A DNA stretch of 64,000 bases from Syntrophales bacterium (GTDB lineage Bacteria > Desulfobacterota > Syntrophia > Syntrophales > UBA4778). Every line of letters begins with the position of its first letter. Within the stretch, counting starts at the first letter, position 1. The notes beneath the pieces were generated by a model, which worked only from the letters and a program-made list of their open reading frames with translations, did not search any database and was not told the origin of the DNA. The stretch is taken from positions 389,151 to 453,150 of the forward strand of contig CAXXQE010000001.1 in NCBI GenBank assembly GCA_963665615.2, written 5' to 3'. The position numbers were made by a program, and so were the translations under genes. Positions 29,880 through 39,945 of the stretch are shown piece after piece.

Positions 29880-29950
29880 TCGAACGAACGCTTTCGGGTG
29901 GAATGGCTGGTCGTTCGCTTTTAGGGGTAGCTTCTATTCGCTAATGGACA

Positions 29951-29986
29951 TGAGTCAACCCTCCGCTCTGCTGGAGGGTTGACTCA
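29951..29986. repeat. Perfect 14-bp hairpin (terminator or IS200/IS605-end-like palindrome)
   Basis: TGAGTCAACCCTCC-GCTCTGCT-GGAGGGTTGACTCA. Confidence 0.5.
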
Positions 29987-30201
29987 GAATGCCAGAGGAG
30001 GCTTTCAAGGGTCTAAATCCACGTTTGCAAGAGGGCACTGCATGACCGGTGGGGAGTTCGAAATCAAGTTTTAGGGTATGCGGATGCAGCACAATGGTGA
30101 ATGATGGTATTTATGGATTGTGCAGTTTAGTGCGGATATGGGGCATCGATACGGCTATGCATATGTTCAGTATTGAAAAAACATGTGAAAGGATAGAATG
30201 A

Positions 30202-30579
30202 ATGAAAATTAAAAAAATATTCTTGGTCGTTACCTTCATCGCTGCATGGCTGCTTGCGTTGCTGTATGGATTTTCTCCTCAGTTTTTTCTTGGGACCTTG
30301 CTTGGCGTTACCAATGTCAATATAAACCTCCATCATCTTTTCAGGGCGGTGATGTGCCTCTATTTCGCTCTTGGATTGTTTTGGTTGTTTTCTGCATTTA
30401 ATGCCAAGTTTAGAGATGCAGCGGTATTGAGTGTCGCTTTTTTTGCAGGGGGGCTCATGATCGGCAGGATTATTAGTTTCATTGTTGACGGCTGGCCGTC
30501 ACCGCTTTTGGTGAGCTACTTTTTTATAGAGGTTGTATATCTCCCGGCTGCCTACTGGGTCTATAAACTGCCAGAATGA
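30202..30579 (+). CDS. Small four-TM membrane protein (DUF4345-like)
   Basis: Hydrophobic helices; FRAVMCLY, GGL.IGRIISF.VDG.PS motif. Confidence 0.7.
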   Translation: MKIKKIFLVVTFIAAWLLALLYGFSPQFFLGTLLGVTNVNINLHHLFRAVMCLYFALGLFWLFSAFNAKFRDAAVLSVAFFAGGLMIGRIISFIVDGWPSPLLVSYFFIEVVYLPAAYWVYKLPE

Positions 30580-30679
30580 TGATCCGATTGAAGTGTTCAG
30601 TCTTTGCCTGTCTCCCGTAACCTCGTCGCGATGCGGGCGATAACTTACTTAGGGATCCATTCGACATAAAAATATACCA

Positions 30680-32098
30680 TCAAACAGGTTCTTGTCGTTT
30701 CAATTTGTTATACAAGGTAGAGCGCGATATCCCGAGAATCTGGGCCGCTTTGTTTTTTCGACCTTTTGCCTGTTTGAGCGCTTCCAGGATTTGAGACAGT
30801 TCATAATCTTCGTATTCGCTAATGATTGATTTTGTGATTTCGTTTTTATCAGCATTAGCTTCATGTCTTCCGACGGGTATCGGTAGATGGTCCGCGCCTT
30901 TAATGACTGCTCTGACATTTGAGTCAGTGATGATTTGTTGATCCGTCAAAACGGATAGTCTTTCTACGACATTCTTTAATTCGCGGATATTTCCCGGCCA
31001 GTTATAAGAACTGAGTGCATGGAGCGCAGAATCAGAGAATCTTTTATTGAGTTCGTACTTTGAATTATATTCTTCCAGGAAACTCAGGCTCAGGGGAATG
31101 ATGACGTTTCGTCGTTCCCTGAGAGGCGAAATAATAAATGGAACAACATTAAGGCGGTAATACAGATCCTCGCGGAAGTGTCCATTCTTGATTTCGTCGT
31201 GCATGTTCTTGTTGGTTGCCGATATGATCCGTACGTCGAGTTTTATACTGCGGGTGCCGCCCAAGCGCATGACTTCCTGATTTTCAATCGCACGGAGTAT
31301 TTTTACTTGAACATTAAGAGGAATATCCCCTACTTCATCCAGAAACAGTGTGCCGCCTTGCGCCATTTCAAACATCCCCGGTTTACCTCCCCGCTTGGAG
31401 CCGGTAAAGGCGCCCTGTTCGTAACCGAAAATCTCCGCCTCCAGGAGATTTTCCGGGATGGCCGGGATGGTAACGGGAATGAATGGCATGCGTCTCCGGG
31501 AGCTATTTGCATGCACTGCTTTGGCAAGAACTTCTTTGCCGACACCCGATTCCCCCATGATTAATATCGTGCAGTCCAGGGGAGCAACTTTCTTCACGAA
31601 CGACATCATTTCGTGCATGCCCTGATTTTGGAAGATATGTTCATTGGCGAGCATGATATATTTGCGCAGATGTTCATTTTCCTGTTTATATTTTTCAGTC
31701 TGCCGGCGTTCCTTTTGCAACCTTACTTTCAGGGCATTTAATTCATTCAGGGACATGGTTGTTGAAACCGCAAATTGCAAGGAACCGTCTGCGTTAAAAA
31801 AAGGACGGCATTTTGTTAAAAATTCTTTTCCTTCACGGTTATATATCATTCCCGATGTTTCTTTTTTGTTCTTTATGGCGATTTTAAGAATTGATCGATC
31901 GACATCCCCTGTTTCTAAATACTCATCCGGTGTTTTGCCAATCCATGCATTGAATTTTGAGTTAATCATCTCACAGGAGGCTTTATTCATCATAACAACG
32001 CGAGGTGTTGAATCAAAGATGATGACTGATTCAGATATATAATTCAGTATCTCCTGAAAACCAGGATTCCTGAATAACCAGGATAATGAGTTTCTCAT
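30680..32098 (-). CDS. PAS-domain sigma-54-dependent activator (Fis HTH)
   Basis: N-terminal PAS, GESGVGKE, EAEIFGYEQGAFTGS, LFLDEVG, WPGNIREL, KAAQILGISRSTLYNKLK; AGGGGG RBS before the ATG at 32098 (ORF open from 32134). Confidence 0.93.
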   Translation of the reverse strand: MRNSLSWLFRNPGFQEILNYISESVIIFDSTPRVVMMNKASCEMINSKFNAWIGKTPDEYLETGDVDRSILKIAIKNKKETSGMIYNREGKEFLTKCRPFFNADGSLQFAVSTTMSLNELNALKVRLQKERRQTEKYKQENEHLRKYIMLANEHIFQNQGMHEMMSFVKKVAPLDCTILIMGESGVGKEVLAKAVHANSSRRRMPFIPVTIPAIPENLLEAEIFGYEQGAFTGSKRGGKPGMFEMAQGGTLFLDEVGDIPLNVQVKILRAIENQEVMRLGGTRSIKLDVRIISATNKNMHDEIKNGHFREDLYYRLNVVPFIISPLRERRNVIIPLSLSFLEEYNSKYELNKRFSDSALHALSSYNWPGNIRELKNVVERLSVLTDQQIITDSNVRAVIKGADHLPIPVGRHEANADKNEITKSIISEYEDYELSQILEALKQAKGRKNKAAQILGISRSTLYNKLKRQEPV

Positions 32099-32214
32099 AG
32101 TCAAATACCCCCTATTCTCTACACTATTAGACACTTTAGGACAGTCTTGGACAGATGTAAACAGAAATTATATGTACTTTCTAATATCACTAATAATATT
32201 AAGTGAATACCGAG

Positions 32215-32230
32215 CGGCATGATTTCTGCT
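32215..32230 (+). promoter_or_regulatory. Sigma-54 (-24/-12) promoter for the acyl-CoA dehydrogenase operon
   Basis: CGGCATGATTTCTGCT = GG-N10-GC, divergent from the activator gene. Confidence 0.7.
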
Positions 32231-32332
32231 AATGACTATTAATAAGAAGTATGGGACATGGGCGATACGGCATAGAACCGCTGTGATGAAGGTCGTATAG
32301 ACGTTCCCGAAGACTGGCGGGGAACTCGCCCC

Positions 32333-32689
32333 GTGAAATCGCATGGGATATTAGGAATGGTTAAAGAATTAATCATTGAGGGGCGGATTCTTTTTAAAAA
32401 GATCAATGATAATCCCAACAGGGGATGCAAGCGGTTTTTACGCACGAATTTACCGGTAAGCGCTTCTGTTCGGGTCTTTAAGCTGGCTCTCTTGTGGAGG
32501 GATCTAGAGAGCCAGCTTATAATAAATAGTGGCGAAAGAATTAATGTCAATCTTACGGAGAAAGCTATCGATTTAGAAACCCTTAGGGATATTAAGAAAG
32601 AATTTAGCCACAACCAGCAGAAGCCCTCCGGACTTTTTGCCTGGGCTGAATGGTACTTTGCATCACCCTATGTTGATACTCGCTGCTAA
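32333..32689 (+). CDS. Hypothetical protein (uncertain)
   Basis: 118-codon ORF between the sigma-54 promoter and the first acyl-CoA dehydrogenase; no recognisable motif. Confidence 0.3.
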   Translation: MKSHGILGMVKELIIEGRILFKKINDNPNRGCKRFLRTNLPVSASVRVFKLALLWRDLESQLIINSGERINVNLTEKAIDLETLRDIKKEFSHNQQKPSGLFAWAEWYFASPYVDTRC

Positions 32690-32714
32690 ATATTTCGAAA
32701 GGACATAAAAGATA

Positions 32715-33854
32715 ATGACTCAAGAGATTTTTGATGATTCCCATTACATGCTGAGGGAAAGCACAAAGAAGTTTATCGCTAAAGAAATTACCCCTTATGT
32801 TGATAAGTGGGAAGAAGAAGGAAAGTTCCCCAGGGAACTTTATAAGAAAGCAGGCGACGCAGGATTCCTTGGGCTGGGGTATCCCGAGGAGTATGGTGGC
32901 ACGCCGGTGGACTTTTTTCATCTGGTTGTCTATACGGAAGAAATGATGCGTTGCGGTTCCCTGGGCCTGCATTCGAGTCTTAACTGTGGTCTTATTGCCG
33001 TGCCGCCCATTTTTGCCGTAGGGACAGAGGAACAGAAACAGAAGTTCATCCCGCCAGTTTTATCAGGAGAACAGGTTGCCGCGCTTGGTGTCACGGAACC
33101 GAGCGGTGGTTCAGATGTGGCGAACTTACGGACACGCGCGGAACGAAGGGGTGATACGTATGTTGTCAACGGGTCCAAAATATTTATTACTGGGGGTGTG
33201 TTTGCAGATTATATTACTACGGCCGTTAGAACAGGTGGCCCAGGCCATGCCGGCATTAGCGCCCTGATCATCCCTAAATCGACGCCGGGTTTTACTGTTT
33301 CCTCAGCAATCCATAAAATGGGTTGGTGGGCATCAGATACTGCGGAGTTGTCTTTTGAGGATTGCGTTGTGCCCGTTGAGAATCGGCTCGGAGAAGAGAA
33401 CAAGGCATTTCCCTATTTCATGGTAAACTTTTCCAAGGAACGCACCATTCTAGCCGTTGAGGCCCAAGGGATGGCTGAGTATGCCCTGGAGTTGTCCATT
33501 AAGTATGCCAAAGAGCGCGTTGCGTTCGGGCATGCCCTGACGGGGTTTCAGGTGCTTCGGCACAAACTCGCTGAAATGGCCACGCTGGTGGAGGCATCCA
33601 AGCAGTTCAACTACTCCGTGGCGGCGAAGATCTGTAAAGGTGTTGAGGTTTCCAAAGAGGCAGCCATGGCGAAGAATTTCGCTTCCAACGCCTGCGACAA
33701 GGTTGTTTATGACGCCGTTCAGGTTCACGGCGGCTATGGCTATTGCAGGGAATACATGGTGGAGCGCCTTTACCGCGATTCGCGCATTCTGTCCATCGGG
33801 GGCGGAACTTACGAGATCATGAATGAAGTGATCGGTAAAAAATTAGGTTTGTAG
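32715..33854 (+). CDS. Acyl-CoA dehydrogenase
   Basis: ALGVTEPSGGSDVA, VNGSKIFITGG, KMGWWASDTAEL, QVHGGYGY, SIGGGTYEI. Confidence 0.95.
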   Translation: MTQEIFDDSHYMLRESTKKFIAKEITPYVDKWEEEGKFPRELYKKAGDAGFLGLGYPEEYGGTPVDFFHLVVYTEEMMRCGSLGLHSSLNCGLIAVPPIFAVGTEEQKQKFIPPVLSGEQVAALGVTEPSGGSDVANLRTRAERRGDTYVVNGSKIFITGGVFADYITTAVRTGGPGHAGISALIIPKSTPGFTVSSAIHKMGWWASDTAELSFEDCVVPVENRLGEENKAFPYFMVNFSKERTILAVEAQGMAEYALELSIKYAKERVAFGHALTGFQVLRHKLAEMATLVEASKQFNYSVAAKICKGVEVSKEAAMAKNFASNACDKVVYDAVQVHGGYGYCREYMVERLYRDSRILSIGGGTYEIMNEVIGKKLGL

Positions 33855-33951
33855 TATACTCTCTATCTGTTAATCGCTGGGCATCATGCCGGCTTTGAGG
33901 TGAACAAGTGTAGCTCTAGAAAAAAAGTATCATCTGGTGGAGGCGCTTTTT

Positions 33952-35259
33952 ATGTCTGGAAATCTTTTTACAGAGATGTACAAGGCTAAATTAACCACTC
34001 CGGAGATTGCGGTAAGGGAAATTCAATCTGGTTTTACCATTGGGATGTCCCTGGGTCTGAATGATCCGCCGGCATTAGGTGCGGCCCTTTGCAGGCGATA
34101 CAAGGAACTGGAAAACGTACGGATCATTCAAACGCTGAGCCTGATGCCCCAACCATGGATGCATGATCCTGAAATGAAAGGGCACTTTTTTACCCATTCC
34201 ACCTTTTTTGGTCCTTATCATCGTGAAGGGGCAAAAATCGGTTTATCCGATTTTGATCCTCAACACATGTCGACATCTGCCAAACTGGTTTCGAAAAATC
34301 ACCACCTCAATGTGTTCTGGACGACCGTTTCTCCCATGGATCGACATGGCTTCATGACCGTTGGCGGGGGCTCCGTCCACGACATGATATTTATCAAGGC
34401 TGCAGACATCATTATCGTGGAGGTGAATGAAAACCTGCCGAGATTCATCGGAGATGCCATCTTGCACATCCGTGATGTCGATTACGTGGTGGAAAATACA
34501 GCGCCGCTCTTTCAATTGCCTGCTATTGAGATTTCGGAAAAAGACAGGATGATCGGCAGATACGTTTCGGAATTGATTGAAGACGGCGCCACGATTCAAC
34601 TTGGGATAGGCAGTATTCCTAACGCCGTGTGCGCGGAATTGTTCCACAAAAAAGATCTTGGCGTTCATACGGAAATGCTTCATGACGGGATGGTGGATCT
34701 CTATGAAGCGGGTGTGATCACGAATCGCAAAAAGACCTATTATCCCGGAAGAATGACAGCTGTCTTCGCTTTGGGAACAAACAAGCTTTATGATTTCATG
34801 CATGAGAATCCCGGTATTTATATGCAGGATGCGTCGGTGAATGCGGATGAAGTGACCATCGGGAAAAATTATAAACAGGTGAGTATTAATACCACCTTGA
34901 TGGTCGATCTGTCCGGTCAGGTTTGTTCCGAGTCTTTGGGCACTGTTCAATACTCGGGTACGGGCGGGGCGCTTGATTACGCTCGGGGCGCCAGGCGGTC
35001 GGAAGGAGGCAAGGCGATCATGGCGCTCTATTCCACAGTGAAAAAGGACACGGTCTCGACGATTACAGCGGTGCTTCCCCCGGGATCGGCTGTTACAGTT
35101 CCCCGGACAGATGTTCAGTATATTGTTACGGAATACGGTATCGCCAATCTGCAGGGAAGAACGCGCAGTGAAAGGGCAAGGGCATTGATTAATATCGCAC
35201 ATCCGGACTTCCGCAATGAACTGCAACTGGAGGCGAAAAGGTTGGGCATTTTATTTTAA
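33952..35259 (+). CDS. Acetyl-CoA hydrolase/transferase family protein (4-hydroxybutyrate CoA-transferase-like)
   Basis: DGATIQLGIGSIP, DLGVHTEM (catalytic Glu), SGTGG, IVTEYG, IAHPDFR. Confidence 0.92.
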   Translation: MSGNLFTEMYKAKLTTPEIAVREIQSGFTIGMSLGLNDPPALGAALCRRYKELENVRIIQTLSLMPQPWMHDPEMKGHFFTHSTFFGPYHREGAKIGLSDFDPQHMSTSAKLVSKNHHLNVFWTTVSPMDRHGFMTVGGGSVHDMIFIKAADIIIVEVNENLPRFIGDAILHIRDVDYVVENTAPLFQLPAIEISEKDRMIGRYVSELIEDGATIQLGIGSIPNAVCAELFHKKDLGVHTEMLHDGMVDLYEAGVITNRKKTYYPGRMTAVFALGTNKLYDFMHENPGIYMQDASVNADEVTIGKNYKQVSINTTLMVDLSGQVCSESLGTVQYSGTGGALDYARGARRSEGGKAIMALYSTVKKDTVSTITAVLPPGSAVTVPRTDVQYIVTEYGIANLQGRTRSERARALINIAHPDFRNELQLEAKRLGILF

Positions 35260-35394
35260 ACGAGACGCATGGGATGCTTCGCTAATCGAAGCGATGCAAG
35301 TGCGAAGATTATATAATGTAAGAGTGAGGATGATTCAATAGCGATTCTTAAAATATTTTTGATGTAATAATACAACATAAGGAGGGAACCTGAG

Positions 35395-36594
35395 ATGAGC
35401 TTTATCGTTGCGAAGACAAGAATCAACTTTGGTTATTCACTGCTTACAAGAATTAATTTCGGTGCAGGGGCTGTAGCGAGCTTGGCCGGAGAGGCCAAGA
35501 ATTTGGGGATGTCCAAGGTGCTTGTTGTAACCGATAAGTTCCTGATGGGAACTGACGCCGTCAAGGCTATTATAACGAATTTAGATAACGCCGGCCTCCA
35601 TCCTACCGTTTACGATGAAGTTCAGCCTGATCCGACCGACACGATTGTCGATAACGGGGTAGAGGTGTATCTAAAAGCAAAGTGCGATGGTATCATTGCG
35701 ATTGGTGGCGGAAGCCACATGGACACCTTAAAGGCCATAGGCGCGGTAGCCTGTAATGGCGGCAAGGTCGGTCAGTATTTGTATGATGCTTCGCCGGGTC
35801 CTGCACCGTTAACCAAGGTGCCTCCCACGATCTGCATCCCGACAACTGCAGGGACCGGGGCTGAAGTGACCTGTATAAGCGTCATCACTCAGACCGGAGA
35901 AAACACCCATAAAACAGCAATCCTCTCTCCTTTGGTCGCTCCTTCCGTAGCGTTGATCGATCCGGCTCTGACTGTCTCTCTGCCGCCCCTTCAGACGGCG
36001 TGTACCGGTATTGATGCCCTGTCGCACGCCATTGAGGGATATCTCTCAATCCTGGAGAATCCCATTACAGATGCTTATGCCCTTTATGCATTGGAATTGA
36101 TCTCGAATAATTTGAGGAAAGCCGTCTATAACGGAGCCGATCTTGAAGCGAGGACCAATATGTCTTTGGCGGCAATGCTTGGCGGTTTGGTTATCAATGT
36201 GTGTATGGCCATAGGAGGACACTCCGCAGGTCAAACCCTGGGAGGGAAATACCATGCCCCTCATGGGATGACGATTGCGTGGGTACTGCCCGGCGTTTTG
36301 AGACACAATTTGCCTGTCAGCATGGAGAAACTCAGTAAAGTCGCCGCTGCCATGGGAGTCAAAACACAGTGCATGTCACAGCGTGAAGCGGCCTGCGCGG
36401 CCATTGAAGAAGTGGAAAAACTGATAGCCGATCTGAATATTCCGTCTCTATCCAAGACGACCGGAATGACAGCAGCGGACGTTGATGCCATGGCGCAAGC
36501 CTGTGTTTTAGACGCCTGCAGCCAATTAAATCCAAGACCCTGTCCGGCAGAGTCTTATGCCGAAATTTATAAATCGGCACTTGGATTGGCTTGA
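35395..36594 (+). CDS. Iron-containing (group III) alcohol dehydrogenase, copy 1
   Basis: IGGGS, PTTAGTGAEVT, DALSHAIE, and metal-ligand His in GGHS and HG. Confidence 0.94.
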   Translation: MSFIVAKTRINFGYSLLTRINFGAGAVASLAGEAKNLGMSKVLVVTDKFLMGTDAVKAIITNLDNAGLHPTVYDEVQPDPTDTIVDNGVEVYLKAKCDGIIAIGGGSHMDTLKAIGAVACNGGKVGQYLYDASPGPAPLTKVPPTICIPTTAGTGAEVTCISVITQTGENTHKTAILSPLVAPSVALIDPALTVSLPPLQTACTGIDALSHAIEGYLSILENPITDAYALYALELISNNLRKAVYNGADLEARTNMSLAAMLGGLVINVCMAIGGHSAGQTLGGKYHAPHGMTIAWVLPGVLRHNLPVSMEKLSKVAAAMGVKTQCMSQREAACAAIEEVEKLIADLNIPSLSKTTGMTAADVDAMAQACVLDACSQLNPRPCPAESYAEIYKSALGLA

Positions 36595-36666
36595 TCTGCC
36601 AATGAGGCAAGCTGATTGCTTTCATTCAGTTGAAGATTGACGAAAGAGATAAGGAGGGAACCTGAG

Positions 36667-37866
36667 ATGAGCTTTATCGTTGCGAAGACAAGAATCAACT
36701 TTGGTTATTCACTGCTTACAAGAATTAATTTCGGCGCAGGGGCTGTAGCGAGCTTGGCCGGAGAGGCCAAGAATTTGGGGATGTCCAAGGTGCTTGTTGT
36801 AACCGATAAGTTCCTGATGGGAACTGACGCCGTCAAGGCTATTATAACGAATTTAGATAACGCCGGCCTCCATCCTACCGTTTACGATGAAGTTCAGCCT
36901 GATCCGACCGACACGATTGTCGATAACGGGGTAGAGGTGTATCTAAAAGCAAAGTGCGATGGTATCATTGCGATTGGTGGCGGAAGCCACATGGACACCT
37001 TAAAGGCCATAGGCGCGGTAGCCTGTAATGGCGGCAAGGTCGGTCAGTATTTTTTTGATGCCTCGCCGGGTCCTGCACCGGTAACCAAGGTGCCTCCCAC
37101 GATCTGCATCCCGACAACTGCAGGGACCGGGGCTGAAGTGACCTGCATGAGCGTCATCACGCAGACTGGAGAAAACACCCACAAAACCGGGATTCTCTCT
37201 CCTTTGGCTGCTCCTTCCGTAGCGTTGATCGATCCGGCTCTGACTGTCTCTTTGCCGCCCCTTCAGACGGCGTGTACCGGTATTGATGCCCTGTCGCACG
37301 CCATTGAGGGATATCTCTCAATCCTGGAGAATCCCATTACAGATGCTTATGCCCTTTATGCATTGGAGTTGATCTCGAACAATTTGCGGAAAGCCGTCTA
37401 TAACGGGGCCGATCTTGAAGCGAGGACCAATATGTCTTTGGCGGCAATGCTTGGCGGTTTGGTTATTAATGCGTGTATGGCCATAGGAGGACACTCAGCA
37501 GGTCAAACCCTGGGAGGGAAATACCATGTCCCTCATGGGATGACGATCGCGTGGGTATTGCCCGGCATTATGAGACACAATTTGCCTGTCAGCATGGAGA
37601 AGCTCAGTAAAGTCGCCGCTGCCATGGGAGTCAAAACACAGTGCATGTCACAGCGTGAAGCGGCCTGCGCCGCCGTTGAACAAGTGGAAAAACTGATAGC
37701 CGATCTGAATATTCCGTCTCTATCCAAGACGACCGGAATGACAGCGGCAGACGTTGATGCCATGGCTCAAGGCTGTGTTTTAGACGCCTGTAACCAATTT
37801 AATCCAAGACCCTGTCCGGCAGAGTCTTATGCTGAAATTTATAAATCGGCACTTGGATTAGCTTAA
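36667..37866 (+). CDS. Iron-containing alcohol dehydrogenase, tandem copy 2
   Basis: Same RBS and start context 1272 bp downstream; about 15 aa differences from copy 1. Confidence 0.94.
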   Translation: MSFIVAKTRINFGYSLLTRINFGAGAVASLAGEAKNLGMSKVLVVTDKFLMGTDAVKAIITNLDNAGLHPTVYDEVQPDPTDTIVDNGVEVYLKAKCDGIIAIGGGSHMDTLKAIGAVACNGGKVGQYFFDASPGPAPVTKVPPTICIPTTAGTGAEVTCMSVITQTGENTHKTGILSPLAAPSVALIDPALTVSLPPLQTACTGIDALSHAIEGYLSILENPITDAYALYALELISNNLRKAVYNGADLEARTNMSLAAMLGGLVINACMAIGGHSAGQTLGGKYHVPHGMTIAWVLPGIMRHNLPVSMEKLSKVAAAMGVKTQCMSQREAACAAVEQVEKLIADLNIPSLSKTTGMTAADVDAMAQGCVLDACNQFNPRPCPAESYAEIYKSALGLA

Positions 37867-37968
37867 TCGATAAATGAGACAAGTTGATCGCTTTCATCCA
37901 GCTGAAGACTGACGCATGCTGAGAGATGCGGCATATAAGATTCCAAGACGCCAAGAGGAGGGTTTCGA

Positions 37969-39123
37969 GTGTTAGACGTCCATTTTTATTCTGAAGAACA
38001 CAATGCATTCAGGGACATGATGAGGAAGTTCGTCAAGAAAGAAATCCAACCGCATGCCGAGCAGTGGGAAGAGCAGGGCTGTTACGACAAAGCCATTTTC
38101 AGGCGCATGGGAGAACTCGGCGTACTCGGCGTCAATTATCCTTCCGAGTATGGCGGTCTGGATGCGGATCTTAAAACCCAGCTGGTCTTCTGGGAAGAGA
38201 TCAGTCTAAGCGGACTCTCGGGCACGGCCATGAGCATTATGGTGCACACGGATTTTGCGACCGCCTCGCTCGTGCATGCCGGCAGCGAGGCGCTCAAAGC
38301 GCGGTACGTGCCGCAGGTCTGCAGTGGCGAGCAGCTATTCGCCGTCGGCATCACAGAACCGAATTACGGTTCCGATGCCGCCTCCATCGAAACCAAGGCC
38401 GTATTGGAGGGTGATTATTATCGTGTGAACGGCACGAAGATGTTCATCACCAACGGGACACAGGCCGATGTGGTCAACACGGTTGTGCGCACAGGCGGTC
38501 CTGGCCCCAAGGGGATCAGTCTTCTTCTGGTGGAGACCAATGCCAAAGGATTTTCCGTTGGGAAAAAGCTTCACAAGATGGGCATGCTTTCCTCTGATAC
38601 GGCAGAGCTTGTCTATGAAGATTGTCTTGTGCCGAAGGAGAATTTGATCGGCGAGGAGAACAAGGGGTTCTATGCCCTCATGGGCGGGTTGGAGAAAGAG
38701 CGGTTGTGCGGGGCGGTTCTCAGTTATTGCATGGCGCAAGTTGCCCTTGAAGATACGATTGAATATGCGAAGCAGCGCATGCAGTTCGGTACGCCGATCA
38801 TAGGCTTTCAGGCTGTCAGTCACATGATTGCGGAAATGGCCACGGAAATCGAGGCCGGCCGTCAACTGGCCTATCATGCGGCGTCGCTGATGGAAGCGGG
38901 CGTCAAGTGCAACAAGGAAGCCTCCATGGCGAAATACTGGTGCGCCGAGATGTTGCTTCGCGTTGTCGACAAGGCCGTTCAGATTCACGGGGGATACGGC
39001 TATATCAGGGAGTATCGCGTGGAACGTCTCTACCGGGATGCGAAGCTTCAGACCATCGGTGGCGGAACGAACCAGATTATGAGAACCGTCATTGCATCGG
39101 AAATGGGACTTCGTGTGAAGTGA
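37969..39123 (+). CDS. Acyl-CoA dehydrogenase
   Basis: GITEPNYGSDA, NGTKMFITNG, KMGMLSSDTAEL, QIHGGYGY, TIGGGTNQI. Confidence 0.95.
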   Translation: MLDVHFYSEEHNAFRDMMRKFVKKEIQPHAEQWEEQGCYDKAIFRRMGELGVLGVNYPSEYGGLDADLKTQLVFWEEISLSGLSGTAMSIMVHTDFATASLVHAGSEALKARYVPQVCSGEQLFAVGITEPNYGSDAASIETKAVLEGDYYRVNGTKMFITNGTQADVVNTVVRTGGPGPKGISLLLVETNAKGFSVGKKLHKMGMLSSDTAELVYEDCLVPKENLIGEENKGFYALMGGLEKERLCGAVLSYCMAQVALEDTIEYAKQRMQFGTPIIGFQAVSHMIAEMATEIEAGRQLAYHAASLMEAGVKCNKEASMAKYWCAEMLLRVVDKAVQIHGGYGYIREYRVERLYRDAKLQTIGGGTNQIMRTVIASEMGLRVK

Positions 39124-39193
39124 AACAGGATCGTACCTGATCAGCTGATTGAAGGGGTGCATCAATAAATATTTAGGTCATTGAAAAATCTAA

Positions 39194-39335
39194 CAGGCTG
39201 TTGAAAAACTCTTCAATGCTGTGTCATTGCGAGGAGCGTCAGCGACGTGGCAATCTCTAACCTATTGATTGCTCGAATACGGGGCTTGCTTCGCTTTGCT
39301 TGCAATAACGCGAAAAATAGTTGTTCAACAGCCTG
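39194..39335. mobile_element. MITE-like element, family B
   Basis: Terminal inverted repeats CAGGCTGTTGAAAAACT / AGTTGTTCAACAGCCTG; internal GTCATTGCGAGGAGCG..GCGACGTGGCAATC palindrome; inverted copy at 47552. Confidence 0.8.
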
Positions 39336-39385
39336 CCAAGGCCATGTGAAGGCGGAATCATGGAATTCGACTTAAAGGAGCGATT

Positions 39386-39844
39386 ATGACCGACAGGGAG
39401 TATTTCGAAGATTACACGGTGGGAGAAAAGTTCATTACCCCCGGGCGAACGATCACGGAAACCGATATCGCTATGTATGCCGGATTAACGGGAGACTGGC
39501 ATCCGCTGCATACGGACATTGAATATGCGAAACAGGGTCCTTTTGGCGAGCGGGTTGCCCATGGTCTTTTGAACCTGATTATCAGCGGTACCCTTTGTTT
39601 CAGGCTTGGATACAACGTGATCTTTCCTAAGTCTATCATATGCTTTTTGGGTATCGACACGTTTCGTTTGCTTTTACCAGTCAAGATTGGAGACACCGTC
39701 CACACGGAGATAGAGGTCCTGGAACTGCTGCCCAAGGAGAAAAATCGCGGGATCATCGTTCAAAACAATGTGGCCAAGAACCAAAGGGGTGAAGAGGTCC
39801 TCGTCTTTATCACAAAATACATGGTGGGCCGAAAGCCCCATTAG
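39386..39844 (+). CDS. MaoC-family (hotdog) dehydratase / (R)-specific enoyl-CoA hydratase
   Basis: YFEDY.VG, RTITETD, GDWHPLH.D, FGERVAHG, PVKIGDT. Confidence 0.92.
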   Translation: MTDREYFEDYTVGEKFITPGRTITETDIAMYAGLTGDWHPLHTDIEYAKQGPFGERVAHGLLNLIISGTLCFRLGYNVIFPKSIICFLGIDTFRLLLPVKIGDTVHTEIEVLELLPKEKNRGIIVQNNVAKNQRGEEVLVFITKYMVGRKPH

Positions 39845-39945
39845 AAAAGTTCATCCTGTGAGCCCCGTCCTGATCATAAAAAAATCGAGCGATCCGCCGC
39901 CTGGTTTTCGAGGGCGCCCATGGAAGGATCGTATCATCGTCTCAT

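Larger units (their letters stand above)
35378..37915 (+). repeat. Tandem duplication with 1272-bp period (Fe-ADH plus flanks)
   Basis: ATAAGGAGGGAACCTGAGATGAGC occurs before both genes; downstream intergenic sequences are homologous. Confidence 0.95.

Noticed and set aside
32258..32332. ATG...TAG in frame with the 32333 ORF as possible pyrrolysine read-through
   Set aside because: No pyl genes or methyltransferase context in the window, and the extension has no recognisable homology
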